DNA of 64,000 bases from a virus (IMGVR_UViG_3300043427_003544:2076-66075); one strand, 5' to 3'. Counted from the first letter of the stretch, positions 33,201 to 42,278 are shown. The notes: a model not told the origin generated them from the sequence alone. Numbers and translations are program-made.

Positions 33201-34133
33201 ACCTTTTTCTGTCACTAATGAACTAACGACTTGATTATTGTTTGTATTGAGTGGTTGTGGTGCGTTATTACCTGTGGCGATAGCCGCATTTTGTACGTTT
33301 TCTGTCGGGTTCGAACTTCTTGTAATGTTATATATAGTTGAGTACATGTGAGGTGCCGCAAGCAAATGTTGCATTTGTACCTCATTCAATATTCCAAATT
33401 TAAATCCTTGGAATTCCAAATTGACTTGATAGTTCCCACTGAATGTGTTGAACCTTGCATTGAAACTTTTAAGATTTAGTTGGTACCTAATTGCCTTACC
33501 AAAATATCCTTTTAATGTTAAGTAGAAAGGAGGGTATGGCATATTGAAAAATGCCGCATAAGGCGATTGGTCTCCCAAAGAAAATAATGCCTTTCCTTGT
33601 ACATCTTCCATTGTTATTGAAACAGTGGGTATGAACGAGCTCGTTATTTTTACCAAGATACTTGTTATACCTAACAGTCCATTATCAACACTACCATCTA
33701 TTCCGTTGGATTTGATTCCCGATTTATTGTACGACTCTTTTCGATTTGGTGATTGAATTAGGGTTTCTGTCTTTTGATTAGCACCCATTCCGTATTTACC
33801 ATTAGGGTCTTTCGAGGTAGTATCTTTACCTGTCAATTCATCATAATATGTTGTGGCAAAGTAGTCTTTTTTGTTTGGCCCTAAAAAATTAATTTTTGCA
33901 ATGGAAATTGTTCTACTTGTATCTTGTGGACTTCCTCCGACAGCAAGTTTTGTTCTTGGTAAGACCTCTGCTTCCAAGTTTGCATACATAACCAAATTCT
34001 CATGGTCGACTAATCTTTCTTTAATATTACCTTGATAATCAATGGTTTTATTTGGGTCAACGATGATGATATTATCATAATCAAATTCAACCAAAATATT
34101 TCCAGAATTATCAGGTTGTAAATTACCTACCAT
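27291..34133 (-). CDS. Very large baseplate hub protein (gp27/gpD-like termini) with C-terminal IPT/TIG-like domain
   Basis: 2280 aa; LGITSI.V...FIPTV.I...DVQG near the N-terminus; CTVESLGNAMIQP..YF...GPYLITDVEHTISPG.FQT hub motif; ends PTIINFNP...ITLSGTNL. Confidence 0.6.
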   Translation of the reverse strand: MVGNLQPDNSGNILVEFDYDNIIIVDPNKTIDYQGNIKERLVDHENLVMYANLEAEVLPRTKLAVGGSPQDTSRTISIAKINFLGPNKKDYFATTYYDELTGKDTTSKDPNGKYGMGANQKTETLIQSPNRKESYNKSGIKSNGIDGSVDNGLLGITSILVKITSSFIPTVSITMEDVQGKALFSLGDQSPYAAFFNMPYPPFYLTLKGYFGKAIRYQLNLKSFNARFNTFSGNYQVNLEFQGFKFGILNEVQMQHLLAAPHMYSTIYNITRSSNPTENVQNAAIATGNNAPQPLNTNNNQVVSSLVTEKGYEKIVEVYSEYKAKKLLPKDFPEITFYQLIDIIQTFETRILESFTEADVQPLTDCRDYKGNLKKYADQVLLANDSWFIQWVDPVPIILKNGGRVYTFKENSFNVTEKNTALEELKRIIGEYTETLANAGTLGKRGKFPIINPIKFDTIVISNFDTATVDLLKSAQEKGIFAQSVDSPEVENYKQQRKNLFTGYKQVDSSGKESIIFGPVFDFDGFLQKLQVMETSANRKQADYESLITTELSKKIEDPKQGIGFRPSIRNIVGIIMATTEGFLRLLDDVHTKAWSLRNDPIRKSVYTNQFSVKSSDLKGDEVQISTIDSTPLDDAKELVYPWPQFFVETNKDVEGRFQLTYLADPSVVGLTKADEYDKWPEVEFVEEYCKGLTQKFDIPVSQPPLDTSEQTNLININAIEYPQLDIAYRNKDELKFFYEIWERQFVTAYYTGLGRTPENRKTYLTTLLQDLESQNIELSLGVSTPYLNYKLKNYDITANNYLNLLKGFSNQGTGRSWQDFIRDFFVTPYLRTLTDKSFSILEVSELGPEPQKNLPNTNEQLRSVIEIDTEPNIMDTYPFINDTWCETNLVGYDQNKANKRYNTNAVLEVFEQRNVISNFNDLDNYNVKRPVTNFCYLYSNNPNKIVTNSLLINEFYNSTFPSDFPPTVGYTFTDSPARTAAGQRQLPIVTTTSMLNTPFFINSISKGVDNLRRSSQNPFKAAAYLFLNSLPLISLREKLKSTSTVTTTADIEIGLQNPIDDLNYMFASLKKYGAIHKLPYAWILKMGSIWHRYKTFKQTGGDILSDVWSSFNFVDQYDPITRNVAKTYSYVKNGQEQKIQLQSGYSQINNIEVGFYPKTINDFNVFYNGYDLFKDYTDDEIQSAVNRGMNVYNFPTSNISNVQNGSNSFNVKTWSVLIPANIEFSSTTLDCKTETKSIQEMYVMPSFGTYVNESEQALVNGNTLTQGYAFAGNPSVFNGSVRLFWAAPNFGYFDFEKIKKPKYDEYINVFKMEPGELSPFRFSEVENYMKIDDIFSVFEKKILDTFETEFLNFSKPATDLTTGFQLYGLDSNGVDNNSIYRNFQAFFSNMMKVPFNTSNVPNQTYFLNTINTQYENIQSKLASFLEYDVIFRYGNPTNYNKRIFDSYLYPQGLGQTFIDPIKFEPYVEGSLPSQGGTTTLQQSKTNYPKEWLELELEVGFSTIPQLVYKDNGSFITDFFIDNNIKFTVENIQLLSPLIKIYATQKLQKSSTVLGVKRQLEEYFAACKGIQDLFIDGVLNLIRKKLPNQSQVSETVKPSIIDGQQSKINFYEMFKSLNDKWVAGYDFETKTLFEDILFLDRASRNIGDILLVDIFDLKTMLTSAKENDNKTVQDLITSLMLKNKFNVMNLPAYVNFYNVQDVDGVTTRKPEGSLDFANNLWGTFLNVDYRESSPKLVGFFVGKPSNYPALPKNKYFRYRNDGFDFGIPPQVPLRENLSNKSEADYAKSNRCVGFNVDIGIKNQNVFYSFQVGQDNGKATSESVQQTLNTININSGTQTATQNTSLYNFYLQRTYPCTVESLGNAMIQPAMYFNLRNVPMFYGPYLITDVEHTISPGVFQTQFTGVRQGIFDLPQIDKYLQSINQNLLTRIETVIRNKVQKTPPISTTNNQTATNNSSNNNNTSSTLGACDLTVNQLYLQDGFVNIPTVVTKITKEEMIKVINSVLTERTGSVDPILQRAFYVYSYISSQIDNGQIVGYNNNYCNKINLTNDYKSNYKSFFDKTYCCVDVADNTVPFANFDSTFRYFDFLNSRMEKNKKRIVQEGLNKYFYCFFNPSGTSVNTYNTLLSSNTSSVKIDSDRMKEALNDMNKLATITNLNISQMTTEEINKIVDGTITTANTSTGTNPQNNLNTQDDTKETCEKPTIINFNPTGSTEIVPITLSGTNLIGKTMVYLNGSGTTINENTQTKIVFVPQYKSGGKIKVVTTGGEAQSTTDFTFLP

Positions 34134-34446
34134 AATAATAAAAATAATTTTCTAACGCACCTTTATATTCTTGTAAGGATGCTACTAAAGGATATGGAAT
34201 TGTCAATATAGCCCCGTCATATATATTTGTTTCCAATCCACCAAACTCAGGATTTGCTTGTAATATTAACCAACCAAAATACGGTGTCCCGTAAAATTCC
34301 TGTGAAACTTTATCAAGCCTACTTCTAGCAACTTTATATATATAACTTTTGTCCGAAGTCTTTCTAGGAAGAAAAACAAAAGGTACTACGGTTTGTTGTC
34401 CGTTTATCAAAAATTCATCATATCTATTGTAATATCCGAATGCCAT
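34123..34446 (-). CDS. Baseplate wedge protein (gp53 / tail-X, LysM-like)
   Basis: RLDKVSQEFYGTPYFGWLILQANP...GAILTIP motif. Confidence 0.8.
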   Translation of the reverse strand: MAFGYYNRYDEFLINGQQTVVPFVFLPRKTSDKSYIYKVARSRLDKVSQEFYGTPYFGWLILQANPEFGGLETNIYDGAILTIPYPLVASLQEYKGALENYFYYYGR

Positions 34447-37400
34447 TAGTTAAGTTTTGATTTACTTATATATATTGAGCCCGAAGGTCCTGATGCAGCA
34501 TCATTAAAGGTTTCTGTGTTTGTGTTGTTATTTGTGCTTCCTCCGAGTGATACTATGTAATCATTACGGGCTTCTTTATATGTGTCCTCTGTTGCATCAG
34601 GTAAATTTGAATATTTCAATTTTCTTTCCGTTGTTTTGTTTATTGCCGTATAGTTAAGATAATCTCTTAACTGTCCTCTTTCAATACTATCCAAGAATGA
34701 TTGGGCATCTTTATTTTCGGTTACAAATATAGGCTTACAATATCCAATCCAATAATCGTCAACTATTTTAGAAAGCTCAGGATTACTGTTTTCCATTAAA
34801 GATGGGTTAGACAATACATCTGCAATCAAAGAATCTTTGAAAGACTGATATTTTTTATCATCAACTATATCTTGATTCAGAATCATATACTGAAATTTCA
34901 CCGAGAGTTCATCAGGAAAATTGCTTTGAGAAACGGGTGTGAAAGGTGTTGTAACTGAAAATTTGTTATTCGCTGGTTGAACCAATATATTTTTTGATTC
35001 TTTTCCTGAAGAAGTTGTGAAATTTAATTCTTTAGTAGTTTCTATATAATACTTTTTTAAATTTTCTTCAGTTTTATTTTTGTCTTCAATCAACGTGTTT
35101 AGGCTATTTCCTGTTGTATAATAAACAAATGTTTCTCCTTTTTTGTTTTGCAATCCATCTGTTCCAGAATTATTTCCAAAAGTTATAATCAAAAGTCGTT
35201 GTAAATCTTTGTAATATTTTTGTTGAACAAGAACCACATCTTGGACAATTTTGGATAGAGAGTTTTCAAATCCATTTTGTTTTTGAGTTATTAAGTTAAG
35301 ATAATTTTGTTTGATTTGTCTTATAGCCTTAACCGAGATGTTTTTGTTATTCATTATAAAATTCAAAAACTTGTCTATGTCATTTACTATTTGATAGTTA
35401 TATTCTGAGAATATCTCTTTTATATTCTGTTGATATTGTAGAGGTTTACCAATAAAATATTCAGTGTCCGTTCCATTTGGAGGAATACTACCTTTAGTGT
35501 ATCCTCTTCCATATGTCCAAAGTTGTCTAATACCTTCATTGTATTGAGAAAGTACTTCTTTGTTTTTATTAAACACACTATTAAAATAAGTTTGAGTTTC
35601 ATCAACAAATGAAGATATAAATGTATTATATGAAACTTCTCCTGTTGTTCCGCTTTCTGCATTTACAGATGTCAATACCTCACCAATAAATGAATTATTG
35701 TTTTGACCATTATTATTTTGTGTTTTATTATCTGCAGGAGTTTCAGTGATTGGATTTAGTTCTTGAAAATCTTTATCATATTTATTCAGACTGAAATCTG
35801 TTACATCTGCTCTATCATCATATACTTCGGTATTTGCATAGTAATTGAAAGACAGAGCGTTCTGAATTCTATCAATCGCTTCTTTAATACCACTTCCTCC
35901 AACAAATTTGAATGAAAGAGTAACATTCGCAATCATTGGTTGTATACCTACACCTTCAGGATTCAAATCCAAATTTTCATACTGAATCTGTAAACTATCG
36001 GGAATTATCTTTGTGTTGAAAAAGTCACCAACTCTAAGAACAAGTACTGGTGGTGCACCAAATGATGTGTTCACTGCGTTGTTGTATTCTAATGTTTCGG
36101 TTCCGTTGACTGACCTTACGGTGGGTATTGTTTCACCAGGTCTCATACATTGTTGTAAAAAAGTAAGTCTTGAGTTCAAACCTTCAGGTGTTGTTGAGTG
36201 AAAGGCCGGATTAAAAAATTTAAGTTTGTCTCTAAGGTTGTCATACACCATTGGTGTATCTTCCTTTATAGACTCGAAGTAATCACACTCTGTCATCATA
36301 AGTCTCAAAACTCTTTTGGTTATATTGTTTCTAAATCGTGTTCTGTCGACAAATGCAGTTACTGGAATTTGTGTTTGCTGAAATTGTTGGACAAAAACGG
36401 GTTCTTCAGATGCTGTTGAGTTTGCAGATAAATTTGCTTTCAAGTCGATAGATTTGATTCTAACACTTCTACAAGCCATAGCATTCACGGTGTTCACTTC
36501 ATTCGAAGGAGCTTCTGAGTCTTTCTGCCCACATGTATATGTATCTCCAAATTTTGTTCCTTCTTTGACTTGGGCGGTACTTTCACCTTCTGCTTGTTCT
36601 TTGAAATTTACTGTGAAATTTGGAATTTTACTCAATTTAGGCTTTGCAGTTATATTTGGTATATAATTATTGATATATTCTTTGACAGATTCTACTCTAT
36701 TTTGAGATAAAGCCTGATTAGTATTTTGACCGCCGAGAGCCGAAGTTGTTCCAACTAAATTAAAATTTACTGATGAAATAGTACCATTAACCGCTAATTC
36801 ATATATCTTATTTAGTTGTTGATTAATAAAAGAAAAATTTTGTTCAATTACATTATTAAAAAATACCGCAACTTGGTCCCTACTACTGCTTGGGTTGGTT
36901 GTTGTTGGTGCATTATTAATGACATCGTTCTTCTCGTTTATGTACTGATTGTAGTAAATACTGTATGGTGAGATAGATGAGCCTTGAGGTGAATTATTGT
37001 TAAAGTAAAACCCTAATCCCGCAATATCATTTTTTATTGCATCCAAACTTAAATTAGGTGATTCTGCCACATTTTTATCTGCATTTGTTGTTGAGTCGTT
37101 TCCAGATGCTAATTCTTTTTGTGTCCATACAACTTGTTCCACATTTAGTTGCCCAAGTTCAATTTCTTTTTGAATTATATATAAATCATTTGGGTTAGCT
37201 AATGGATATTTTTTTACCAACTCGTACAAGTCATATTTCAAACATCCAGCAAAAAATGAATCGATTGTGGAGTTTATTTTTTCTCTACTTTCTCCGTCGT
37301 TAATAACTTTATTAACAATTAAATTCAAAACCGATGGATGGTCGACAACTATTTTCCAAGAAAGTGAACCTGTTCTACTTGTATTACTATACGTATAAAT

Positions 37401-39419
37401 TGGTTCAGGTCTTCCAATAAAATTTGAGTCTTTCCATGATGCGCTTGTATTTTCACTAAATGTTAGTCCATAGGGAGGAAACCACATAACTCTACCTTTG
37501 TTCGGTCCTCTTTCGCATATTGGTAAATCAGCCCAAGTGAATCCAGGTTTGCTAGATGTCCTCCATGCCAAATTTTCCAATGAAAACATGTATTTTTTAG
37601 CATATCCGTCTGTGTCAGGATTGCCAACTAAATTTGTAGAATCAGCTGTACTATTCTTTTTGTTTGGATATATGTTTAAGTTGTATGTGCTATCCAAAAC
37701 TGAAGAAGATATTCTTCTATTTTGGGTGGTCATACCTTGTGATTTTTGTAAATCATTGTATTGCAAATAGGGTAAATCTTTAGAAAATACTCTGCAATAT
37801 TCCACACCACCCTCAACAGTTTTGTTTTCAGTGTTATATGTGTAACTTAATACTCTTGAACCTTTGGTTAGTTCTTTATATCCATCATTAAAAACTTTGG
37901 ATACTTGGTCAATCGCATTTCCAACATGTTGTAATCTCCTACCTCCAGATTTAGGTGCACTATCTATTAACCTTTGTGTGTTGTCAAGTATCGAGTTGTT
38001 TTTGAATTGTATTTTTGTAGAGGTTGTTGTTCCAAACGATGATGGTGATTGTACTGGTTCAGAAGATGAAGTTTGTCCTCCTATACCGACTTTTTTCCCT
38101 GCATTCGATTCTGTACCAGGAGAAATCCATGTAAGTCCTCCCTCAATACCTCCTCCGTTGGTATATGCAAGACCGTTTGCACCTAATCTTACCTCTCTAC
38201 TTGGTCCTTCATAAAGTTGTGCCAACTCACTTGGTCCATAAACCGCACTTTGTTGTTCTTGTCCGAAGCTATTGTTTGGTAGGTCTCCCGAAGGTGAGAA
38301 TACTCTTGATGGTTCTGAAGTTGTGGAACCTATATAGAAATTACTATTGTTTTCATTTGTACCGACAATAGCTCCTAATAATCTATCAAACACACCACGA
38401 GAATATCCTGGTTTGTATCTGTTGTAGTCCAAATTACCAAATAATCTAGACTTTTGTCCTCCTCCTGTATTATCTAAAAATAGTTGTGAACCCGACCTAT
38501 TCGTGCCCAAAAGAGAATTAACAAACTTACCAACCGCACTTTTTCTAAAAGCGTTATTTAGTTGTTGAATAGTTACAGGTTGTCCTGAGTTGATTGATGG
38601 GTCAAAATAAGAACCTGGTATGGTTGATACAGGTATTATTGTGCCGGCCAGTCTTAATGCAAAATCTGTCGCAGCAAGAATTGGATTGGCCGGGGAAGTA
38701 ATTCTGTAATTTGGTTCTATGAGAGGTACTCTGCCTGTTGCTAAACTCAATATATCAGTACCCCCTCTAACATTGAAAGCGTTAATTCTTCCTATCGTAT
38801 TGATTCTGATTTCCGCGGCTATTCTTTCTTCGAACCCTTTTCTTAAAAGGTCTGCGCCCAATCTAGCAATATATGAATCTTGACTAAGTAATCCATCACT
38901 ACCTACAGGGTCTCTCGACAAAAGAATACTTACGTTTCTATAGTAGGATGGTACAAATTGTAGTGGGTAATATGGTTGTCCATTAGGTAATCTATTACCG
39001 TCTCTTATTACAGTTTCAAGAGAAGAAACCGCTTCTGCGCCATCAAATATATTAACTCCATCTGCATAAGGGTTGAGTGGTCTGTATTTCCTAGCTTCTT
39101 GTTTTCCTTCCTCAACAATATTGGCATCTTGGTAGCCATATTCGCCTTCATTAGATTTAGTATTTAGTAAAGCACCAGGGTCGGGGACTTGTTTGTATCC
39201 TCCTTCCGCACCGTACTGATTAACCTTGTATAAATCTTTTGAAAATAAGGGTTCGTCTATAAGAGTGTCGGGCGAATCAACTACAGAATAGTTTGATATA
39301 GGTGCATCATAATCTATGGGTGCACTAACTTTGCTAGGTGATTTGGGATAAGGAACCAAATTCCTAACAATAAGTTTTTTCCTAAAACTTTCTGATGATA
39401 CTAGTAGTGGGCTAGCCAT
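34446..39419 (-). CDS. Large baseplate/tube-initiator-like protein with internal OmpA-like domain
   Basis: FIGRPEPIYTY..T.R..SLSWKI and FGAPPVLVLRVGD...QPMIANVTLSF tube-fold-like halves flank LVGTTSALGG..NQALSQNRVESVKEYI. Confidence 0.6.
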   Translation of the reverse strand: MASPLLVSSESFRKKLIVRNLVPYPKSPSKVSAPIDYDAPISNYSVVDSPDTLIDEPLFSKDLYKVNQYGAEGGYKQVPDPGALLNTKSNEGEYGYQDANIVEEGKQEARKYRPLNPYADGVNIFDGAEAVSSLETVIRDGNRLPNGQPYYPLQFVPSYYRNVSILLSRDPVGSDGLLSQDSYIARLGADLLRKGFEERIAAEIRINTIGRINAFNVRGGTDILSLATGRVPLIEPNYRITSPANPILAATDFALRLAGTIIPVSTIPGSYFDPSINSGQPVTIQQLNNAFRKSAVGKFVNSLLGTNRSGSQLFLDNTGGGQKSRLFGNLDYNRYKPGYSRGVFDRLLGAIVGTNENNSNFYIGSTTSEPSRVFSPSGDLPNNSFGQEQQSAVYGPSELAQLYEGPSREVRLGANGLAYTNGGGIEGGLTWISPGTESNAGKKVGIGGQTSSSEPVQSPSSFGTTTSTKIQFKNNSILDNTQRLIDSAPKSGGRRLQHVGNAIDQVSKVFNDGYKELTKGSRVLSYTYNTENKTVEGGVEYCRVFSKDLPYLQYNDLQKSQGMTTQNRRISSSVLDSTYNLNIYPNKKNSTADSTNLVGNPDTDGYAKKYMFSLENLAWRTSSKPGFTWADLPICERGPNKGRVMWFPPYGLTFSENTSASWKDSNFIGRPEPIYTYSNTSRTGSLSWKIVVDHPSVLNLIVNKVINDGESREKINSTIDSFFAGCLKYDLYELVKKYPLANPNDLYIIQKEIELGQLNVEQVVWTQKELASGNDSTTNADKNVAESPNLSLDAIKNDIAGLGFYFNNNSPQGSSISPYSIYYNQYINEKNDVINNAPTTTNPSSSRDQVAVFFNNVIEQNFSFINQQLNKIYELAVNGTISSVNFNLVGTTSALGGQNTNQALSQNRVESVKEYINNYIPNITAKPKLSKIPNFTVNFKEQAEGESTAQVKEGTKFGDTYTCGQKDSEAPSNEVNTVNAMACRSVRIKSIDLKANLSANSTASEEPVFVQQFQQTQIPVTAFVDRTRFRNNITKRVLRLMMTECDYFESIKEDTPMVYDNLRDKLKFFNPAFHSTTPEGLNSRLTFLQQCMRPGETIPTVRSVNGTETLEYNNAVNTSFGAPPVLVLRVGDFFNTKIIPDSLQIQYENLDLNPEGVGIQPMIANVTLSFKFVGGSGIKEAIDRIQNALSFNYYANTEVYDDRADVTDFSLNKYDKDFQELNPITETPADNKTQNNNGQNNNSFIGEVLTSVNAESGTTGEVSYNTFISSFVDETQTYFNSVFNKNKEVLSQYNEGIRQLWTYGRGYTKGSIPPNGTDTEYFIGKPLQYQQNIKEIFSEYNYQIVNDIDKFLNFIMNNKNISVKAIRQIKQNYLNLITQKQNGFENSLSKIVQDVVLVQQKYYKDLQRLLIITFGNNSGTDGLQNKKGETFVYYTTGNSLNTLIEDKNKTEENLKKYYIETTKELNFTTSSGKESKNILVQPANNKFSVTTPFTPVSQSNFPDELSVKFQYMILNQDIVDDKKYQSFKDSLIADVLSNPSLMENSNPELSKIVDDYWIGYCKPIFVTENKDAQSFLDSIERGQLRDYLNYTAINKTTERKLKYSNLPDATEDTYKEARNDYIVSLGGSTNNNTNTETFNDAASGPSGSIYISKSKLN

Positions 39420-39455
39420 TTATACTTTTTTAATAAATAGCCTATTGTAATTTTT

Positions 39456-41375
39456 TTATCTTTTCGGCATATAATCACCGTCTACCTTATTTACCCCTTG
39501 TTTGATAATTTTGAACAATTCCTCATCAAATTGAGCAACAAATTTTTTCCTGTCCATTTCTGGCATGGTTGACAACATTTTTACAAGTTCAGGACTTCCT
39601 GTGAGTTCTATCTTTGTTATTTGTCCTCCAGTTACATTTACATCTATTTTGTTTGGCATCAATCCCTGTTGTGTAAACTGTCTTCCTTGAATTCCAGTTG
39701 AATAATATTGAGTTAATGACTGATTATTTATTATCTGACTTATCCTTTGTTCCGCTTGTTTAAGTTCTCGTTGAGCTCTTCTTTGTTCTTGGTTTCTTTT
39801 TTTCATCTCATCGGTCATTTCCGCACCCGAAATCATTGGTTGATTTTTCATTAACTCATTAATTTTTGCCGCCTCATCTTTTATCATATTTAACATTTTG
39901 GGAAAATCAGTAGCGCTAGTTGGGATTCCTCCTGCTCTTTCTTTGGCTTCTTTTGCAACCTGTTCACCCAAAGTTTCGAGTGATTTTTCCAAGTCTTTTA
40001 TAGCATTATCGTCACCTTTAATTAAACTTTCAACGCTTTCTTTAACCCCACGAAACAACGCATTTGACTTTTCTCTAGAACCCTCTGTTGTGATTCCTGT
40101 TTGGTCAGCGGCAGTTTTGGTTACTGCATATCCTAATCTTCTTAATGTTTCCTGAAGTTCTATTACAGTTTTTCCTGAGGCAAGACCAAGTGTTAATCTA
40201 TCCTTTATTGATGCAATATTTGTATTCATCAATGTTTGTGTATCTAATTGACTTCTCTGAATTTCCTCCAAAGTTTTGGGTGCTCCTTTCTGTAATTCAA
40301 TAAGTGTTTCAATTTGGTCGTTAGACAGTTTTTGTAATTCAACCGATTTTCTACTTCCGTCGTCTTGAAGCATATCAATTACATACTTTCCTTCTTTATC
40401 CATCCTCGCTAAGTTGGCAAGTAACATTTTGTCTTCCTCGGATTCGAATTGGAAATCAGGTTTTATCATCTCTAATTTCCTTTGAACGTCTGCAGCATTA
40501 AGTGATAATTTCATAAGTTCTTCACTACTCATACCTGCTTGGTCCGCAATTTCTCTCAACATTAACTTACCGTAAGGTGTAATTTCAAATCTTTTTGTTT
40601 GCTCATTGAATTCACTATATTGTGCGGTCATTTCAACCAAAGCATCTTGTAGTCCTTCAGGGTCCATAAGTGATTTATACATTAACTCAAATGGGTCTGT
40701 TAAAGTTCCAACTGACACACCTAATCTTTGGAACGCGCTCGAAAGTTCTATTGCCTTCTCAGGTTTAAGTGCGTTTTCCGCTAATTGGAAGACTTGGTTC
40801 ATGTCGAATTTGAGGACTGTGGCTTTAGTAGCCATCCTTGTCAATCCTTCAACACCATCTTGAAAATTAAATTGATTCATTTTGCTCATGTATTGAAACG
40901 TGGTGTCCATAACTTGTACAAGGTTTGCACCTACGTTTCTAACATAACCTATGGCATTTTCTAATTCGGGTCCTATTCTTGAGAATTGTACTCCTATTGA
41001 TTGAAAATCTTCTACCATACTATCCACTGTCCTACCCATAACTTGGCTTGCGGATAATAAACTTTTAATATCATCTGTGCTTGCTATTACATTTCTTCTT
41101 GTGGCAACGGAAATTGCTTCAAAAGCCTGTGCAGCATCTTCGAATTTTAAACCTAAGAGAGCCGCTTCGGGTGTTGCATCTGCAAGAGCAACTTTGAGCT
41201 CTGCAACTCTTTCTCTGGTCATTCCAAACAGGTAATTAACACTTCTAGCCCTACCCTCTAATTCCTTCATTACATGTTTGACACCATCTAGTCCAAGACC
41301 TTGGCCTTCTTTATTTTCATTATCTACTGTACCTTTAGTTGTGAAGGCTTTTATAAAACTTTCTAAAACATCCAT
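39456..41375 (-). CDS. Tape measure protein (putative)
   Basis: 639-aa helical Ala/Leu/Glu/Met-rich protein directly downstream of the tube and chaperone genes. Confidence 0.65.
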   Translation of the reverse strand: MDVLESFIKAFTTKGTVDNENKEGQGLGLDGVKHVMKELEGRARSVNYLFGMTRERVAELKVALADATPEAALLGLKFEDAAQAFEAISVATRRNVIASTDDIKSLLSASQVMGRTVDSMVEDFQSIGVQFSRIGPELENAIGYVRNVGANLVQVMDTTFQYMSKMNQFNFQDGVEGLTRMATKATVLKFDMNQVFQLAENALKPEKAIELSSAFQRLGVSVGTLTDPFELMYKSLMDPEGLQDALVEMTAQYSEFNEQTKRFEITPYGKLMLREIADQAGMSSEELMKLSLNAADVQRKLEMIKPDFQFESEEDKMLLANLARMDKEGKYVIDMLQDDGSRKSVELQKLSNDQIETLIELQKGAPKTLEEIQRSQLDTQTLMNTNIASIKDRLTLGLASGKTVIELQETLRRLGYAVTKTAADQTGITTEGSREKSNALFRGVKESVESLIKGDDNAIKDLEKSLETLGEQVAKEAKERAGGIPTSATDFPKMLNMIKDEAAKINELMKNQPMISGAEMTDEMKKRNQEQRRAQRELKQAEQRISQIINNQSLTQYYSTGIQGRQFTQQGLMPNKIDVNVTGGQITKIELTGSPELVKMLSTMPEMDRKKFVAQFDEELFKIIKQGVNKVDGDYMPKR

Positions 41376-41393
41376 AAAAATAAATAGGGTGAA

Positions 41394-41549
41394 TTATACT
41401 TTCTTATTGAGTTCTATCCACTTGTCGAGCAAATATTTCCTAACGAAAATTGGCATTTTCATAAAGTCTTCCCATGAGACTTTTAATAGAGTAGATAAAT
41501 AATAAAATTCGTCTAGTTGTCCAACCCTATAATCAGAAGAAAGGACGAA
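41394..41549 (-). CDS. Tail chaperone extension / T4 gp51-like ORF in the +1 frame (probable frameshift product; not in ORF track)
   Basis: FVLSSDYRVGQLDEFYYLSTLLKVSWEDFMKMPIFVRKYLLDKWIELNKKV*; overlaps the chaperone 3' end and has no ATG in its first half. Confidence 0.65.
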   Translation of the reverse strand, partial: FVLSSDYRVGQLDEFYYLSTLLKVSWEDFMKMPIFVRKYLLDKWIELNKKV

Positions 41550-42276
41550 AAAATTCAACCCCAAACCCAACGTTGATTGTGAGTTTTTCTCCTGATGGGG
41601 TTGTGATTGTTTTTCTTAAATCTAACCTTGGAGTATTTTCATCCAAGAATTTTTTAATTAATTTAGAATCCGAAATCGGAAGTTGTTCTATGAATTTTGC
41701 AATATATCCTTTGTCTGTATTTCCCCCAACATCTACTATTTGTTTTTGAAGTTTGGTTGTTACTGAAGGTGAAATTCTACCTTGCGGATAGCTGTCTAAT
41801 ATTTTACTTATTTCACTAGAGTCACCTAAAGTGAGTGGTTTAAGTTTCACACTTACTTTACTTTTAGGCAGTTCTAAAGAGAAAGTACCATCAGCATTAG
41901 GTTCTTGCCCTTTAACAATTGGTAATTCATCTAACCTAACAGTTGTACTGAATTGTTTACTTGTTTTTGGGTCAGTGGCATTTATGTTAATATCCGGTCC
42001 AAAAGATGAGTTCCTTAGGAATATGAGTATTGCCTCTACATCACCCTCTAAAAGTTCTTCCACTTTTAAATCTGGCTCATACAATTTATTTCTTATTAAA
42101 TTAAGTGTTAAATTATCAGAACCTCCCATTATAATGTTCTCATCCGCGGCAGTTAAATATCCAACTTTAACCGACCTTTTTTTATTCTTGTAAAAGAATC
42201 CCTCTGAAGGTAGAGGTACTACATCATGTGGTAATGTTAAATTTTCTTGTCCGTATTGTCTTGATTGGTCATCCAT
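41533..42276 (-). CDS. Tail assembly chaperone / baseplate hub assembly protein (T4 gp26-like)
   Basis: VPLPSEGFFY...LTAADENI...GDVEAILIFLRNSSFG...LPKSK...GVEFFRP; lies between tube and tape measure. Confidence 0.75.
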   Translation of the reverse strand: MDDQSRQYGQENLTLPHDVVPLPSEGFFYKNKKRSVKVGYLTAADENIIMGGSDNLTLNLIRNKLYEPDLKVEELLEGDVEAILIFLRNSSFGPDININATDPKTSKQFSTTVRLDELPIVKGQEPNADGTFSLELPKSKVSVKLKPLTLGDSSEISKILDSYPQGRISPSVTTKLQKQIVDVGGNTDKGYIAKFIEQLPISDSKLIKKFLDENTPRLDLRKTITTPSGEKLTINVGFGVEFFRPFF

Positions 42277-42278
42277 AT

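Noticed and set aside
41278-41502. Plus-strand 74-aa ORF in the chaperone-tape measure gap
   Set aside because: Antisense to the tape-measure start and to the better-supported minus-strand gp51-like frame.
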